A stretch of DNA of 15,965 nucleotides from Deinococcaceae bacterium (GTDB lineage Bacteria; Deinococcota; Deinococci; Deinococcales; Trueperaceae): positions 1 through 15,965 of the forward strand of contig JBDZWC010000069.1 in the NCBI GenBank assembly GCA_040256005.1. Direction: 5' to 3'. The translations under genes were made by a program, and so were the position numbers. Under the pieces are notes generated by a model. That model ran no database searches, was not told the origin of the DNA, and was given only the letters and a program-made list of their open reading frames with translations. The first letter of the stretch is position 1. Every line of letters begins with the position of its first letter. Below are positions 7,108 through 15,515 of the stretch, one piece after another.

Positions 7108-8400
7108 GTGAAGGGTCTTCGAGAGGCACTCGGCACCGGAACCTGGGCGGTCGTAGACCAAGCTTTGTTCGCAGGAGCGAACTTCGTGCTTACCGTGTTC
7201 CTGGCAAGGTGGTTGGGAGACTCCGCGTTCGGCATATACAGCCTCGCTTACACCATCTTCCTGCTCGTTTCGCTTGCGTTCACCGCCTTACTCATAGACC
7301 CCTTGTTGGTCTTCGGAGCTGGACGGTGGCGCGGTGCCTACCATACGTACCTGAACCGGGTGCTTATCGGGCTTGGCGTTCTGAGCTGCGCTGGCAGCCT
7401 ATTGATATTTGGTCTCGCTCAGTTCAGCCATCTACTTGACAACACGGGTCCGCTAAAGCAGCTGCTGCTGACCTTGTCCTGGGCAGCGCCGATAATCTTG
7501 CTCATGTGGGTGCTTCGACGCGCCCTATACGCCATCGGAAAACCACACGTTGCCGCCGTGGGAGGGGCGATCTATCTCGTATCGCTCCTCTCGCTGGCCA
7601 TGACGATCAATTACGTAGTGGGCCTATCTGCACGGGGCGCAATCGTCGTGATGGCGCTTGCCAGCCTCGTTTCCGCCGGATTCCTTTGGAAGGCTGTGTC
7701 GGGCGCCGACGTCGGTGGGCGGGCCGTGATCCCTGTAACCTCAACCAAAGAGGTCCTACGTGCGCACTGGCGGTACGGTAGCTGGCTCCTCGGCTGGTAC
7801 GTCCTCGACTGGCTCAGTACGGACATCCTGTACCTCGTACTGGCCCCGGTACACGGGACAGCCTCGGTAGGCTCGTTGCGAGCTGCGATGACGCTCATAC
7901 TGCCAGCGCATCACATCTTTATCGCGGTCAGTTCCGTCGCTGTGCCTTGGTTCGTCTCCCGCATCGGCAGCAGAGGGCTCTCCCGAGCCATGACCTGGTT
8001 CTGGTTGGCGGCCTTCGGCATGGCCGGGCTCTACTGTGTCGGGCTCTTGACTTTCGCCGAGCAGATCCTCGGTCTCGTGTTCGGAGAGTCGTTCCATGGG
8101 TTGCGTCCTATCGTCCACATCGCAGCGTTCATCCCGTTGACGCTAGCCACACAGGCCGCATTCGGCACCGTCCTGAGAGCTTTGAACCGCACTCGCGACC
8201 TGTTCGTGGCCTCGGCTCTTACTGCCCTTCTGACAGCTACCGTCGGCGCATGGTTGAGCGTGACCAACGGGGCAGTGGGCGCAGTTTCCGCGTTTCTGAT
8301 TGGGGCCACCGTCAACGCAGTAGTCGTTGCGATCATCGTCCGGCTCAGACTGAAAGCTGGAGCACCCGGAGACCGTCTAGTCATCAGGGCAAGGGCATGA
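7108..8400 (+). CDS. wzx: Wzx-type polysaccharide flippase (MOP/PST family)
   Basis: About 12 hydrophobic segments, WAVVDQ...NFVLTVFLARWLG...FGIYSL, LRALNRTR near the C-terminus, and EPS gene context. An in-frame TAA at 7096 limits upstream extension. Confidence 0.85.
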   Translation: MKGLREALGTGTWAVVDQALFAGANFVLTVFLARWLGDSAFGIYSLAYTIFLLVSLAFTALLIDPLLVFGAGRWRGAYHTYLNRVLIGLGVLSCAGSLLIFGLAQFSHLLDNTGPLKQLLLTLSWAAPIILLMWVLRRALYAIGKPHVAAVGGAIYLVSLLSLAMTINYVVGLSARGAIVVMALASLVSAGFLWKAVSGADVGGRAVIPVTSTKEVLRAHWRYGSWLLGWYVLDWLSTDILYLVLAPVHGTASVGSLRAAMTLILPAHHIFIAVSSVAVPWFVSRIGSRGLSRAMTWFWLAAFGMAGLYCVGLLTFAEQILGLVFGESFHGLRPIVHIAAFIPLTLATQAAFGTVLRALNRTRDLFVASALTALLTATVGAWLSVTNGAVGAVSAFLIGATVNAVVVAIIVRLRLKAGAPGDRLVIRARA

Positions 8401-8462
8401 ACCGTCCCTTTAGCCGCGGCCAAATTACGTGCCTCATGTTGGTATCCCGCGAACCCTGCCAT

Positions 8463-8505
8463 TGTGACAACCGGCCCCCCGGTTGGTACTAGGTGGCCAT
8501 AGAGT
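8463..8505 (+). promoter_or_regulatory. Putative leaderless promoter of the wzy-like gene: -10 TAGAGT with upstream TGTGA half-site
   Basis: TAGAGT 8500-8505 is followed 7 nt later by ATG 8513 with no SD. TGTGA 8463-8467 starts 37 nt upstream of the -10. Confidence 0.4.
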
Positions 8506-8512
8506 CTGACTG

Positions 8513-9907
8513 ATGGTTTCCGCTAGTACCGTCGGCCAGATGCTGCCGTGGGCAGCAGTGCTAACGGCCGCCCTTCTTTCGGTACTCGCAGTCTCGTTAC
8601 ACTTCCGCGACCGCCTCAAACGCGTCTCGGGGATCGCAGTCGGGATCCTACTGGTGGGCTACGCCTTCCTGCACAGGAGCTTCGCCTACTTGGGTGCGCC
8701 GCCGTTGTTCATCGGCGAGCTGGTGCTCCTATTGCTGGTACTCACGGTAGCGCTAGCGGGAAGCCCCGCAACCGTCCTCAGATCGCGTCCCGCGAGGGCC
8801 TTGCTAGTGTTTCAGGCCGTCGGCCTAGTTGCCACGGTTCCGTACCTGGCGGCATACGGAGTGGACGCCCTCAGGGATGCCGTCCTCTGGGGCTACGGCG
8901 TGTTCGCGATAGCCATAGCTGCGCTCGCGACCGACAAGAGCGTGCATAAAGCCATGGAGGTGTACGGGCGCCTGGTCCCGTGGTTCTTAGCGCTGATGCC
9001 AGTGATGATCGTTGCAGGTAGGTTGGTTCCTGGCCTGACCAGCGCCGTCACGTTCCAAGGCATCCCCGTGTTCGATCCGAAGTCTGGTGACATCGCGGTT
9101 CATCTGGCAGGTGTGGCCGCGTTCCTCGCGCTGGGCCTTCACCGTCAAGCGCGAACTGGTGTCAGATCGTCGGCAGTATACGAGTGGGTTCTGTGGGGGC
9201 TCTGGCTGGTCACTTTCGCCCTGATCTCCGACAATCGCGGCGGGATGGTAGCGGTCCTGGCCGCGATGATGGTTCTGATCATCCTCGCCCGCGGTTCGAC
9301 CCGCTTCTGGAAACCGCTAGCGCTGGCGGTCTGCCTGGTCGGACTAGCGGCTGCTTGGCAAGTGGAGATCGGTGGCGAGGATCGCGTGGTCTCGGTGAAC
9401 GCGATATTCCACAGAATCAGCAGCGCGTTCGTAAATACGGGCGAGGAGGGCGTCGACGGAACGAAAGAGTGGCGGATCGATTGGTGGACCGATATCGTCG
9501 GCTACACGGTGAACGGTCCGTACCGTTGGCTAGGCAAGGGATACGGCGTGAACCTAGCTGACGACGACGGATACCAAGTACAGGCAGACGGTTCCCTCCG
9601 TAGTCCGCACAACGGTCATATGACGGTCCTAGCCAGAAGTGGCATGCTCGGACTTGCCGCTTGGGTCTTGTTCTTGGTCGCTCTCCTGTTGCCACTCGCA
9701 CGCGTAGCGACTTCACAGGGGATCGCGAGTCGGCTACCGGCTCTGTGGCTGCTTATCTACCTACTTGCAGCCCTTGTCAATGCCACGTTCGACGTTTATC
9801 TGGAGGGGCCACAAGGCGGCATCTGGTTCTGGGTACTAGCGGGAGCAGCAATGACCTTGCTTAGATCCTCCAGACCGCCTAGGTCGATAAGCGCGGACCG
9901 CACTTAG
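8513..9907 (+). CDS. O-antigen ligase/Wzy polymerase family membrane protein, likely the polymerase of this locus
   Basis: Polytopic. NRGG after a TM helix, periplasmic loop with WRIDWW and LGKGYG, and RSPHNGHMTVLARSGMLG (Wzy_C/WaaL H-N motif). Confidence 0.85.
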   Translation: MVSASTVGQMLPWAAVLTAALLSVLAVSLHFRDRLKRVSGIAVGILLVGYAFLHRSFAYLGAPPLFIGELVLLLLVLTVALAGSPATVLRSRPARALLVFQAVGLVATVPYLAAYGVDALRDAVLWGYGVFAIAIAALATDKSVHKAMEVYGRLVPWFLALMPVMIVAGRLVPGLTSAVTFQGIPVFDPKSGDIAVHLAGVAAFLALGLHRQARTGVRSSAVYEWVLWGLWLVTFALISDNRGGMVAVLAAMMVLIILARGSTRFWKPLALAVCLVGLAAAWQVEIGGEDRVVSVNAIFHRISSAFVNTGEEGVDGTKEWRIDWWTDIVGYTVNGPYRWLGKGYGVNLADDDGYQVQADGSLRSPHNGHMTVLARSGMLGLAAWVLFLVALLLPLARVATSQGIASRLPALWLLIYLLAALVNATFDVYLEGPQGGIWFWVLAGAAMTLLRSSRPPRSISADRT

Positions 9908-9913
9908 GCCTAC

Positions 9914-9929
9914 ATCAGGTCGGCCTGAT
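9914..9929. terminator. Small hairpin between convergent genes
   Basis: ATCAGG-TCGG-CCTGAT lies between stops at 9907 (+) and 9930 (-). There is no U-tract, so the function is uncertain. Confidence 0.25.
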
Positions 9930-11549
9930 TCAGGTCTTCGTCACAACCGTCTGTGGCGTTTTGGGCGCCTCTCCGATGCGCTCTGTAGCGCTTCGATCCG
10001 AGAGGCCCGTACCCTTCTCAGGGGCTACGTCCCAGCCGCCAAGCTGAGTTCTCGTCGCCTTCGTACGTCGACGGCTAGCACGCCCGCGACCAGATGTACG
10101 AGCCTTGCTCGTGTATACGATGCTGAAGTCCTCGCTTCGCCTGTTGCGGATCAGCCTGGCGGCAACCAACGCATCCTGGCGAGACACTGCCTCCGCATCC
10201 AAAAGGAAGATAACGTCATCACTATTGGCGATGAAGCTAAGCGCGTCAGCAGCTTCCAGAAGCGGCGTGGTGTTGACAACGATGAACTCGTAGCGCGCTG
10301 AGATCGAAGCTATGAGGCCGGGCATGCCGCGAGCCAGCAGGACGGTCGCGTCATCGGACTCGACGGAGGCCTGGATGATGTCCAGCCTCGTGATGCCCTT
10401 CTTCAGGGTGGCTGGTCGGAACGAGCTGGTTCCGCGTCTCAATGCCTCCCCGAGCGTTGCGACCCCCTTCTCCTTCCTCGGCAGGTTCATGAAAGAGACG
10501 GGGTTGCGAAGGTCGCTATCTATGAAGACCGTGCGTTTACCGAGATCCGCGAACGCGACCGCCAATCCCAACGCGAAGCTTGGCCCCTGCTCGCTCCTCC
10601 TTGGGCTAGCGACGGTCACCACGTGCCCGGCCATACCGGTTGACTCTGTCCGAATGAGGTTCGCCGCTGTGTACGCGGCGGCGTCTCGCAGAGCCTTGGA
10701 GTCGACCTCCGTGGTGCGTCTCCGCAGGTACTCGCCCACGACGGGTGCCTCAAGGTAGTCCGCAGCCTCCAGGCCGGTGGTGAATCGGTCGGCGACCGCT
10801 GGCCTGATCACAGCCGCGGCGAGGACGGCGACGAAGGCCGTGATGAAGGCGACGACGGCGAAGAAAAGCGGTCGGGGAAAGCTGGGTTCCAACGGCGGTA
10901 CAGCTCGCGATACGTAACTTGCTGAGCTCGTAGCCGAGCCTCTCAGCGCCAGAAGCGCCTGGTATCTCTCGAACTGCTGGGTGCGAGCGGCTTCCTCTGC
11001 CGCACCAATTACAACTCCCGCTTCGGCACCAAGGGTGGCCTCCAGTGCACTGATGGCGTTCTCAAGAAGAGATTCTGCTCTTTGTCGATCCCACTCGATG
11101 AGGACGTCGGCCATGGCGTTCGCCATGCCCGCCGCGGACTCCGGGCTTTCGCCCGTGGCGGTGACGTTCACGAGGTCTGCGTCGTTGCCGCGGGAGACAG
11201 ACACACGTAGTCCGTTCGCAGCATCCTTGACAGCCGCCGTATCTATCGGTGTGAGGTCCGTCCTAGAGAGGGCCTCCGCTATCGCTGTCTGGCTCTCGGC
11301 GACGATCACGTAGGCACTCGAGTCGGTTCGGGGCGCGGAGAACGCGACCCCGGCAACTCCGCCGCCCGCCTCAGCAGGCGCGATGCTTAGCGTCGCGGTC
11401 GCCTCGAAGCGCTCCGGAAGGCGCTGTGAACCAAAGTAGACGGCGGCGGCAAGAGCAGCGCCGATGACGACCGCGGCCAGAGCGTTTCGCCTCACCAGTT
11501 GAATGAAGGTATGCATCTCCACGTCTATGCCGGCGGGGTAGACGTTCAT
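9930..11549 (-). CDS. Wzc-like polysaccharide co-polymerase with degenerate BY-kinase domain
   Basis: Wzz-like N-terminus (TM1, P.RFEATATL), A.PP.EPSFPRP before TM2, and a P-loop-type cytoplasmic domain with GKRTVFIDSDLRNP. RBS AAAGGA lies 9 nt upstream of the ATG. Walker A/B and the Tyr cluster are degenerate. Confidence 0.85.
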   Translation of the reverse strand: MNVYPAGIDVEMHTFIQLVRRNALAAVVIGAALAAAVYFGSQRLPERFEATATLSIAPAEAGGGVAGVAFSAPRTDSSAYVIVAESQTAIAEALSRTDLTPIDTAAVKDAANGLRVSVSRGNDADLVNVTATGESPESAAGMANAMADVLIEWDRQRAESLLENAISALEATLGAEAGVVIGAAEEAARTQQFERYQALLALRGSATSSASYVSRAVPPLEPSFPRPLFFAVVAFITAFVAVLAAAVIRPAVADRFTTGLEAADYLEAPVVGEYLRRRTTEVDSKALRDAAAYTAANLIRTESTGMAGHVVTVASPRRSEQGPSFALGLAVAFADLGKRTVFIDSDLRNPVSFMNLPRKEKGVATLGEALRRGTSSFRPATLKKGITRLDIIQASVESDDATVLLARGMPGLIASISARYEFIVVNTTPLLEAADALSFIANSDDVIFLLDAEAVSRQDALVAARLIRNRRSEDFSIVYTSKARTSGRGRASRRRTKATRTQLGGWDVAPEKGTGLSDRSATERIGEAPKTPQTVVTKT

Positions 11550-11607
11550 AGGGGTGAGTCCTTTCGCGATCGTGCGAGCATGGACTTACCGGGACGCGCG
11601 GCGCCCA

Positions 11608-13065
11608 TCAGTAAGCTCCTTTGGAAACTATGACCGCCCAAGGGGTGCGCGCCATCACGTAGAGATCGAGCCAGAGCGACCAGTTGGCGATGTAGTAACT
11701 GTCGAGTTCGACTTGACCGGCGAGGTCAGCCGTGGCGCGCGAGGTAACCTGCCAATACCCCGTCAGCCCCGGTGGGACCGAGGCTCTAAGTTGTCGGAAG
11801 TCATCCGTGAACGAGTCGAGATGGTAGTCGGGGAACGGCCGGGGGCCAACGAAACTGAGCTCACCCTTCGCTATGTTGAGCAGCTGCGGAAGCTCGTCTA
11901 GGCTCATGCGGCGGAAGAAGCTGCCTACGACTGGGATGATGCGCGGATCTTTCTCGAGTTTGAAACGCGTTCGCCACTCTTCGCCCGCTGCCGGGTTCGT
12001 ATCCAGGTACTCCTTCAACAGTTCTTCCGAGTTCCGATGCATTGTCCGAAGCTTCCAGAGTCGGATCCTCCGACCGCGGTAGCCTTCTCTAACTTGGGCG
12101 TAGAAGGGGTTACCGGGGCTGGTCACGAAGATCGTGATCGCCGAGATAGTGAGGATCGGTATCGCAACCAGGCCTAGGGGAGCGAGCAGGACCAGGTCGA
12201 CAACGCGCTTCAGAAACAGGTTGCGACGCAGACTCAGATGTCCCCTGACGTACAGCCCCACTACGGCCCCGCTATCTCGGGTACCTACTCCTGAGCTCGT
12301 CATCCCGAATGCGTTCGGGGTCACGACCACTTTCGCGAACAGTCGGCCAAGCCTGTCGACGAGCGTCGAAAGTGCGTTCGGAGCCATGCCTGGCATGGCT
12401 ACGATCGCGTAGTTCACGCCGTTGCGGCGTACTCGTGAGATCTCGGACCTGATGGAGCCTGTCACCGGAACGCCCGCTACGTCGAGACCCCAGATATCGG
12501 GGTTGTCGTCTAGGCACTCGATGATCTTGAGGTTCAGGTTAGGTTTCCTCGCCAAGCTCTCGATGATGAGGCGGGCTGTCTTTCCACCACCCAAGACGAC
12601 CGCGGGAACACCCCACCATGGGCGCCGTGCGAGCAGCTCACGCAGCAGGATGCGCATTTCGATCACCAACAGGACGGTCGCTACGTATATGACGCCGAGT
12701 TGTAGCAGTGCTGTGATGCCCAATCCCTGTGCGAGACCCGCCACGAGGAATGTCAATGCGAAGGTCGAGAGGATCAGGATTATCGATCGCATCTCGTCCA
12801 CAGGGCTGACCCCGGCACCAGGGTAGAGATCGGCCAGCATGAAGGCGAGCGGGACGGCGACCGCGATGATCAGGACGTGCCAGCCCTGGATGACCGGAGC
12901 TTGGTCGAGGAACGAAGCCAGGATCAGTGCACTACCGCTCGCCAACGCGATCGCGACCAGATCACCGAGCAGGAGCACGAGCGACGTCATACCGGGACTA
13001 GGCCGGGCCGAACTACTCAAGTCGGTGTTGAGCTCGGACATGGACTCGGTGAGCACGCTGGACAT
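11608..13065 (-). CDS. wbaP: Undecaprenyl-phosphate hexose-1-phosphate transferase (WbaP/WcaJ/CpsE family priming enzyme)
   Basis: Four N-terminal TMs, a Rossmann-like middle domain, then KRVVD, KLRTM, DPRI, SLDELPQL, SFVGPRP, PGLTGYWQV and D.YYI.NWSLWLD. Sugar specificity (Gal vs Glc) cannot be determined by eye. Confidence 0.93.
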   Translation of the reverse strand: MSSVLTESMSELNTDLSSSARPSPGMTSLVLLLGDLVAIALASGSALILASFLDQAPVIQGWHVLIIAVAVPLAFMLADLYPGAGVSPVDEMRSIILILSTFALTFLVAGLAQGLGITALLQLGVIYVATVLLVIEMRILLRELLARRPWWGVPAVVLGGGKTARLIIESLARKPNLNLKIIECLDDNPDIWGLDVAGVPVTGSIRSEISRVRRNGVNYAIVAMPGMAPNALSTLVDRLGRLFAKVVVTPNAFGMTSSGVGTRDSGAVVGLYVRGHLSLRRNLFLKRVVDLVLLAPLGLVAIPILTISAITIFVTSPGNPFYAQVREGYRGRRIRLWKLRTMHRNSEELLKEYLDTNPAAGEEWRTRFKLEKDPRIIPVVGSFFRRMSLDELPQLLNIAKGELSFVGPRPFPDYHLDSFTDDFRQLRASVPPGLTGYWQVTSRATADLAGQVELDSYYIANWSLWLDLYVMARTPWAVIVSKGAY

Positions 13066-13080
13066 CGTCGGGTGGTCGAC

Positions 13081-14061
13081 CTACGCGAGCACGAGAGAAG
13101 ACGACATATCTGCATCGTTCGGGTAGGCGGGTTCCTCCCGAAAGTAGGTTATCGCCTGTATGAGCCCGGTCTTTAGGTCGGTACTTGGCTCCCAGCCCAG
13201 GACGCTTCGCGCCCTTTGGATATCGGGGCGACGGCGCCGTGGGTCGTCTGTAGGCAGCTTGCGGAACTGGATCGTGAGGTCCTCTTCGACGAGGTCTCGG
13301 ATCAACTCAGCAAGCTCATGCACCGTAGTCTCTTCTGGATTCCCAAGGTTGAACGGGCCGATAACATCGTCGTCGGTAGCCATCAGCCTGACGAGTCCAT
13401 CGACCATGTCAGATACGTAGCAGAACGACCGAGTCTGTCGACCGTCGCCGTAGACCGTCATCGGGCCGCCATTCAGCGCCTGTACGATGAAGTTGCTGAC
13501 CACGCGTCCGTCGTCGGGTTGCATCCTTGGACCGTAGGTGTTGAAGATTCGTGCAACCTTGATCCGCACGTTGCGCTGCCTGTGATAGTCGAAGAATAGG
13601 GTCTCGGCCGCTCGCTTGCCTTCGTCATAACAGCTTCGTGGACCGATTGGGTTGACGTTGCCCCAGTAGTCCTCAGTCTGAGGATGAATCTCCGGATCTC
13701 CGTAAACTTCACTAGTGCTGGCCTGAAGGATCTTCGCACCGGTGCGTCGGGCGAGGCCGAGCATGTTGACGGATCCTACGACTGACGTCTTGATCGTTTG
13801 CACGGGGTCACGCTGATAGTGGACCGGGCTGGCGGGACAAGCTAGGTTGTAGATCTCGTCGACCTCGACATACAAGGGGAAACTGATGTCGTGTCTCAAG
13901 AGCTCGAAGAACGGGTTCGTTAGCAGGTGCTTGACGTTCTCCTTGCGACCCGTATAGAAGTTGTCGACACACAGTACGTCGTGCCCATCCTCCAGCAGCC
14001 TTTCACATAGATGGGAGCCGATGAAGCCAGCGCCACCGGTAACCAAGATGCGCTTACGCAC
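13081..14061 (-). CDS. uxs: UDP-glucuronic acid decarboxylase (UDP-xylose synthase)
   Basis: [81 protein letters not shown]. The start is probably GTG 14061 (GGAGG 7 nt upstream) rather than TTG 14067. Confidence 0.95.
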   Translation of the reverse strand: MRKRILVTGGAGFIGSHLCERLLEDGHDVLCVDNFYTGRKENVKHLLTNPFFELLRHDISFPLYVEVDEIYNLACPASPVHYQRDPVQTIKTSVVGSVNMLGLARRTGAKILQASTSEVYGDPEIHPQTEDYWGNVNPIGPRSCYDEGKRAAETLFFDYHRQRNVRIKVARIFNTYGPRMQPDDGRVVSNFIVQALNGGPMTVYGDGRQTRSFCYVSDMVDGLVRLMATDDDVIGPFNLGNPEETTVHELAELIRDLVEEDLTIQFRKLPTDDPRRRRPDIQRARSVLGWEPSTDLKTGLIQAITYFREEPAYPNDADMSSSLVLA

Positions 14062-14164
14062 TCTCAAACCTCCAGGCCGGCAAAGCGAAGTACGTTGGAG
14101 TGCACGACTCGCCTGGTGCCGGAGGGAGGTCGCATAACGAAAGCAGGGACCTTCCCCAACCGTG

Positions 14165-14207
14165 ATTATCTTGGCCCCATCCGGCGCTGCTGAGTACGCC
14201 CGTCACA
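14165..14207 (-). promoter_or_regulatory. Putative promoter of uxs-wbaP-wzc: -10 GATAAT with upstream TGTGA half-site
   Basis: On the minus strand GATAAT spans 14170-14165 and TGTGA spans 14207-14203, starting 37 nt upstream. Confidence 0.35.
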
Positions 14208-14225
14208 TGCGAACATTCGAAGCGC

Positions 14226-15410
14226 TCAGTCGGCCGGCCCGCTGCGGTTCGCCTGAACCGCTCGCTCATAAGCAGCCGCGAGGGCATCTAGCCCTACCTG
14301 CGCGGAGTAGTTCGCTTCGAAGGTGGCGCGTGCAGCTCTCCGCATGAGGCTCAATCTGACCTCGTCGCTTGTCATGGCAACTACGGCTTCACGAAGTGAT
14401 CTCGCATCGCCAGGGTCGAAATGGAGCCCGTCCAAACCATCTGTGACGACCTCCTCCAAGGCTCCGATACGAGAAGCGATAACCGGGAGTCCCACGGCGA
14501 ACGCTTCGATTGCGACCATGGAGAGGCCTTCATACCACTCCGATGGGACGATAAGAACTGTGGCTTCTGCCATATGCTCCGAAACCCGTTTGCGGTCAAG
14601 TACTCCCAAAGCGGTTACGCCCCTGAGTCTCGATGCTCTCGTCCGGACGTGTTCGCCGAGGGGCCCGTCCCCAACGATCCGCAATGGTAGTTCGTAGCCC
14701 AGGTCCTCCCAGGCTGTCAGAAGCGTCTCAAGCCCTTTTTCAGATGAGAGCCTTCCGACGAAAAGTGCATAGCCGCCGGTCCCGTGGCCTACTCCTGGGT
14801 CGACACTTAGAAAGTTCGGTTTCACGACGATCTTCGAGGCAGGGAAGCCGCCGTCGACAAACTTCTGCCTAGCGAATCGAGTTAGCGCCAAGTACAGGTC
14901 GATCTTGTTCCTGAACGTACCGACGGCGCGATGGAAACCGAGAAGCCCGGCAACCGCCGTACTGGCACGCCGGCTGCCCTTGTAGCAGCCATGCTTGACC
15001 GCTGGCCACGGAATCGGCTTCCCCAGGCAGTCCTCACATACCTCGCCGTCCCTGAAGAACGTCGCCGCAGGACAGATGAACCGATAGTTGTGGAGCGTCT
15101 GAACCGTCGCGGCACCGTAGCGTTTCGCGACGTGGTGGACCGCAGGAGAAATAACCGCCAGGGTGTTGTGAACATGGACAACGTCCGGCTCGAACTCCTC
15201 CATAGCGCGCCGCAACTGGTCGGCTTGGGCGGAATTCCAAATCGCGTCGATCCCCGCCTTCAAACCAGAGCGGATCTCTAGCCCGTCGTTAGAGACATGG
15301 TAACGGGCAACCGCGAAACCGTTCGATGACAAGATGTCGAATTCGGCATCGAAGACGGTGTCTTCGCCTCCAAGTTGCTGATACGAGTTGTGAACCTGCA
15401 TGATACGCAC
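14226..15410 (-). CDS. Glycosyltransferase family 4 (GT-B, retaining)
   Basis: MRIMQVHNSY...GGE, PDVVHVHN, TLHNYR.ICP with Cys-rich insert (CEDC...C), FVGRLSSEKG, and PSEWYEGLSMVAIEA (E-x7-E). GGGGAG lies upstream of the GTG. Confidence 0.93.
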   Translation of the reverse strand: MRIMQVHNSYQQLGGEDTVFDAEFDILSSNGFAVARYHVSNDGLEIRSGLKAGIDAIWNSAQADQLRRAMEEFEPDVVHVHNTLAVISPAVHHVAKRYGAATVQTLHNYRFICPAATFFRDGEVCEDCLGKPIPWPAVKHGCYKGSRRASTAVAGLLGFHRAVGTFRNKIDLYLALTRFARQKFVDGGFPASKIVVKPNFLSVDPGVGHGTGGYALFVGRLSSEKGLETLLTAWEDLGYELPLRIVGDGPLGEHVRTRASRLRGVTALGVLDRKRVSEHMAEATVLIVPSEWYEGLSMVAIEAFAVGLPVIASRIGALEEVVTDGLDGLHFDPGDARSLREAVVAMTSDEVRLSLMRRAARATFEANYSAQVGLDALAAAYERAVQANRSGPAD

Positions 15411-15515
15411 GCTAATTTTGCTCCCCGTCGGCGTTCGCGGCTAGGGCGTTCTAGAGAAGGAAATCGCCCTCGCTGTAAACAGGCCACGTCCAAGCCTTCG
15501 TTGGCTGCATGGCTC

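Noticed and set aside
14123..14156. Hairpin arms GGGAGGTC / GACCTTCCC in the uxs leader resembling the anti-SD/SD pair at 2485-2575
   Set aside because: Only 8-9 nt matches, the arm order is reversed and there is no aptamer nearby; probably coincidence.
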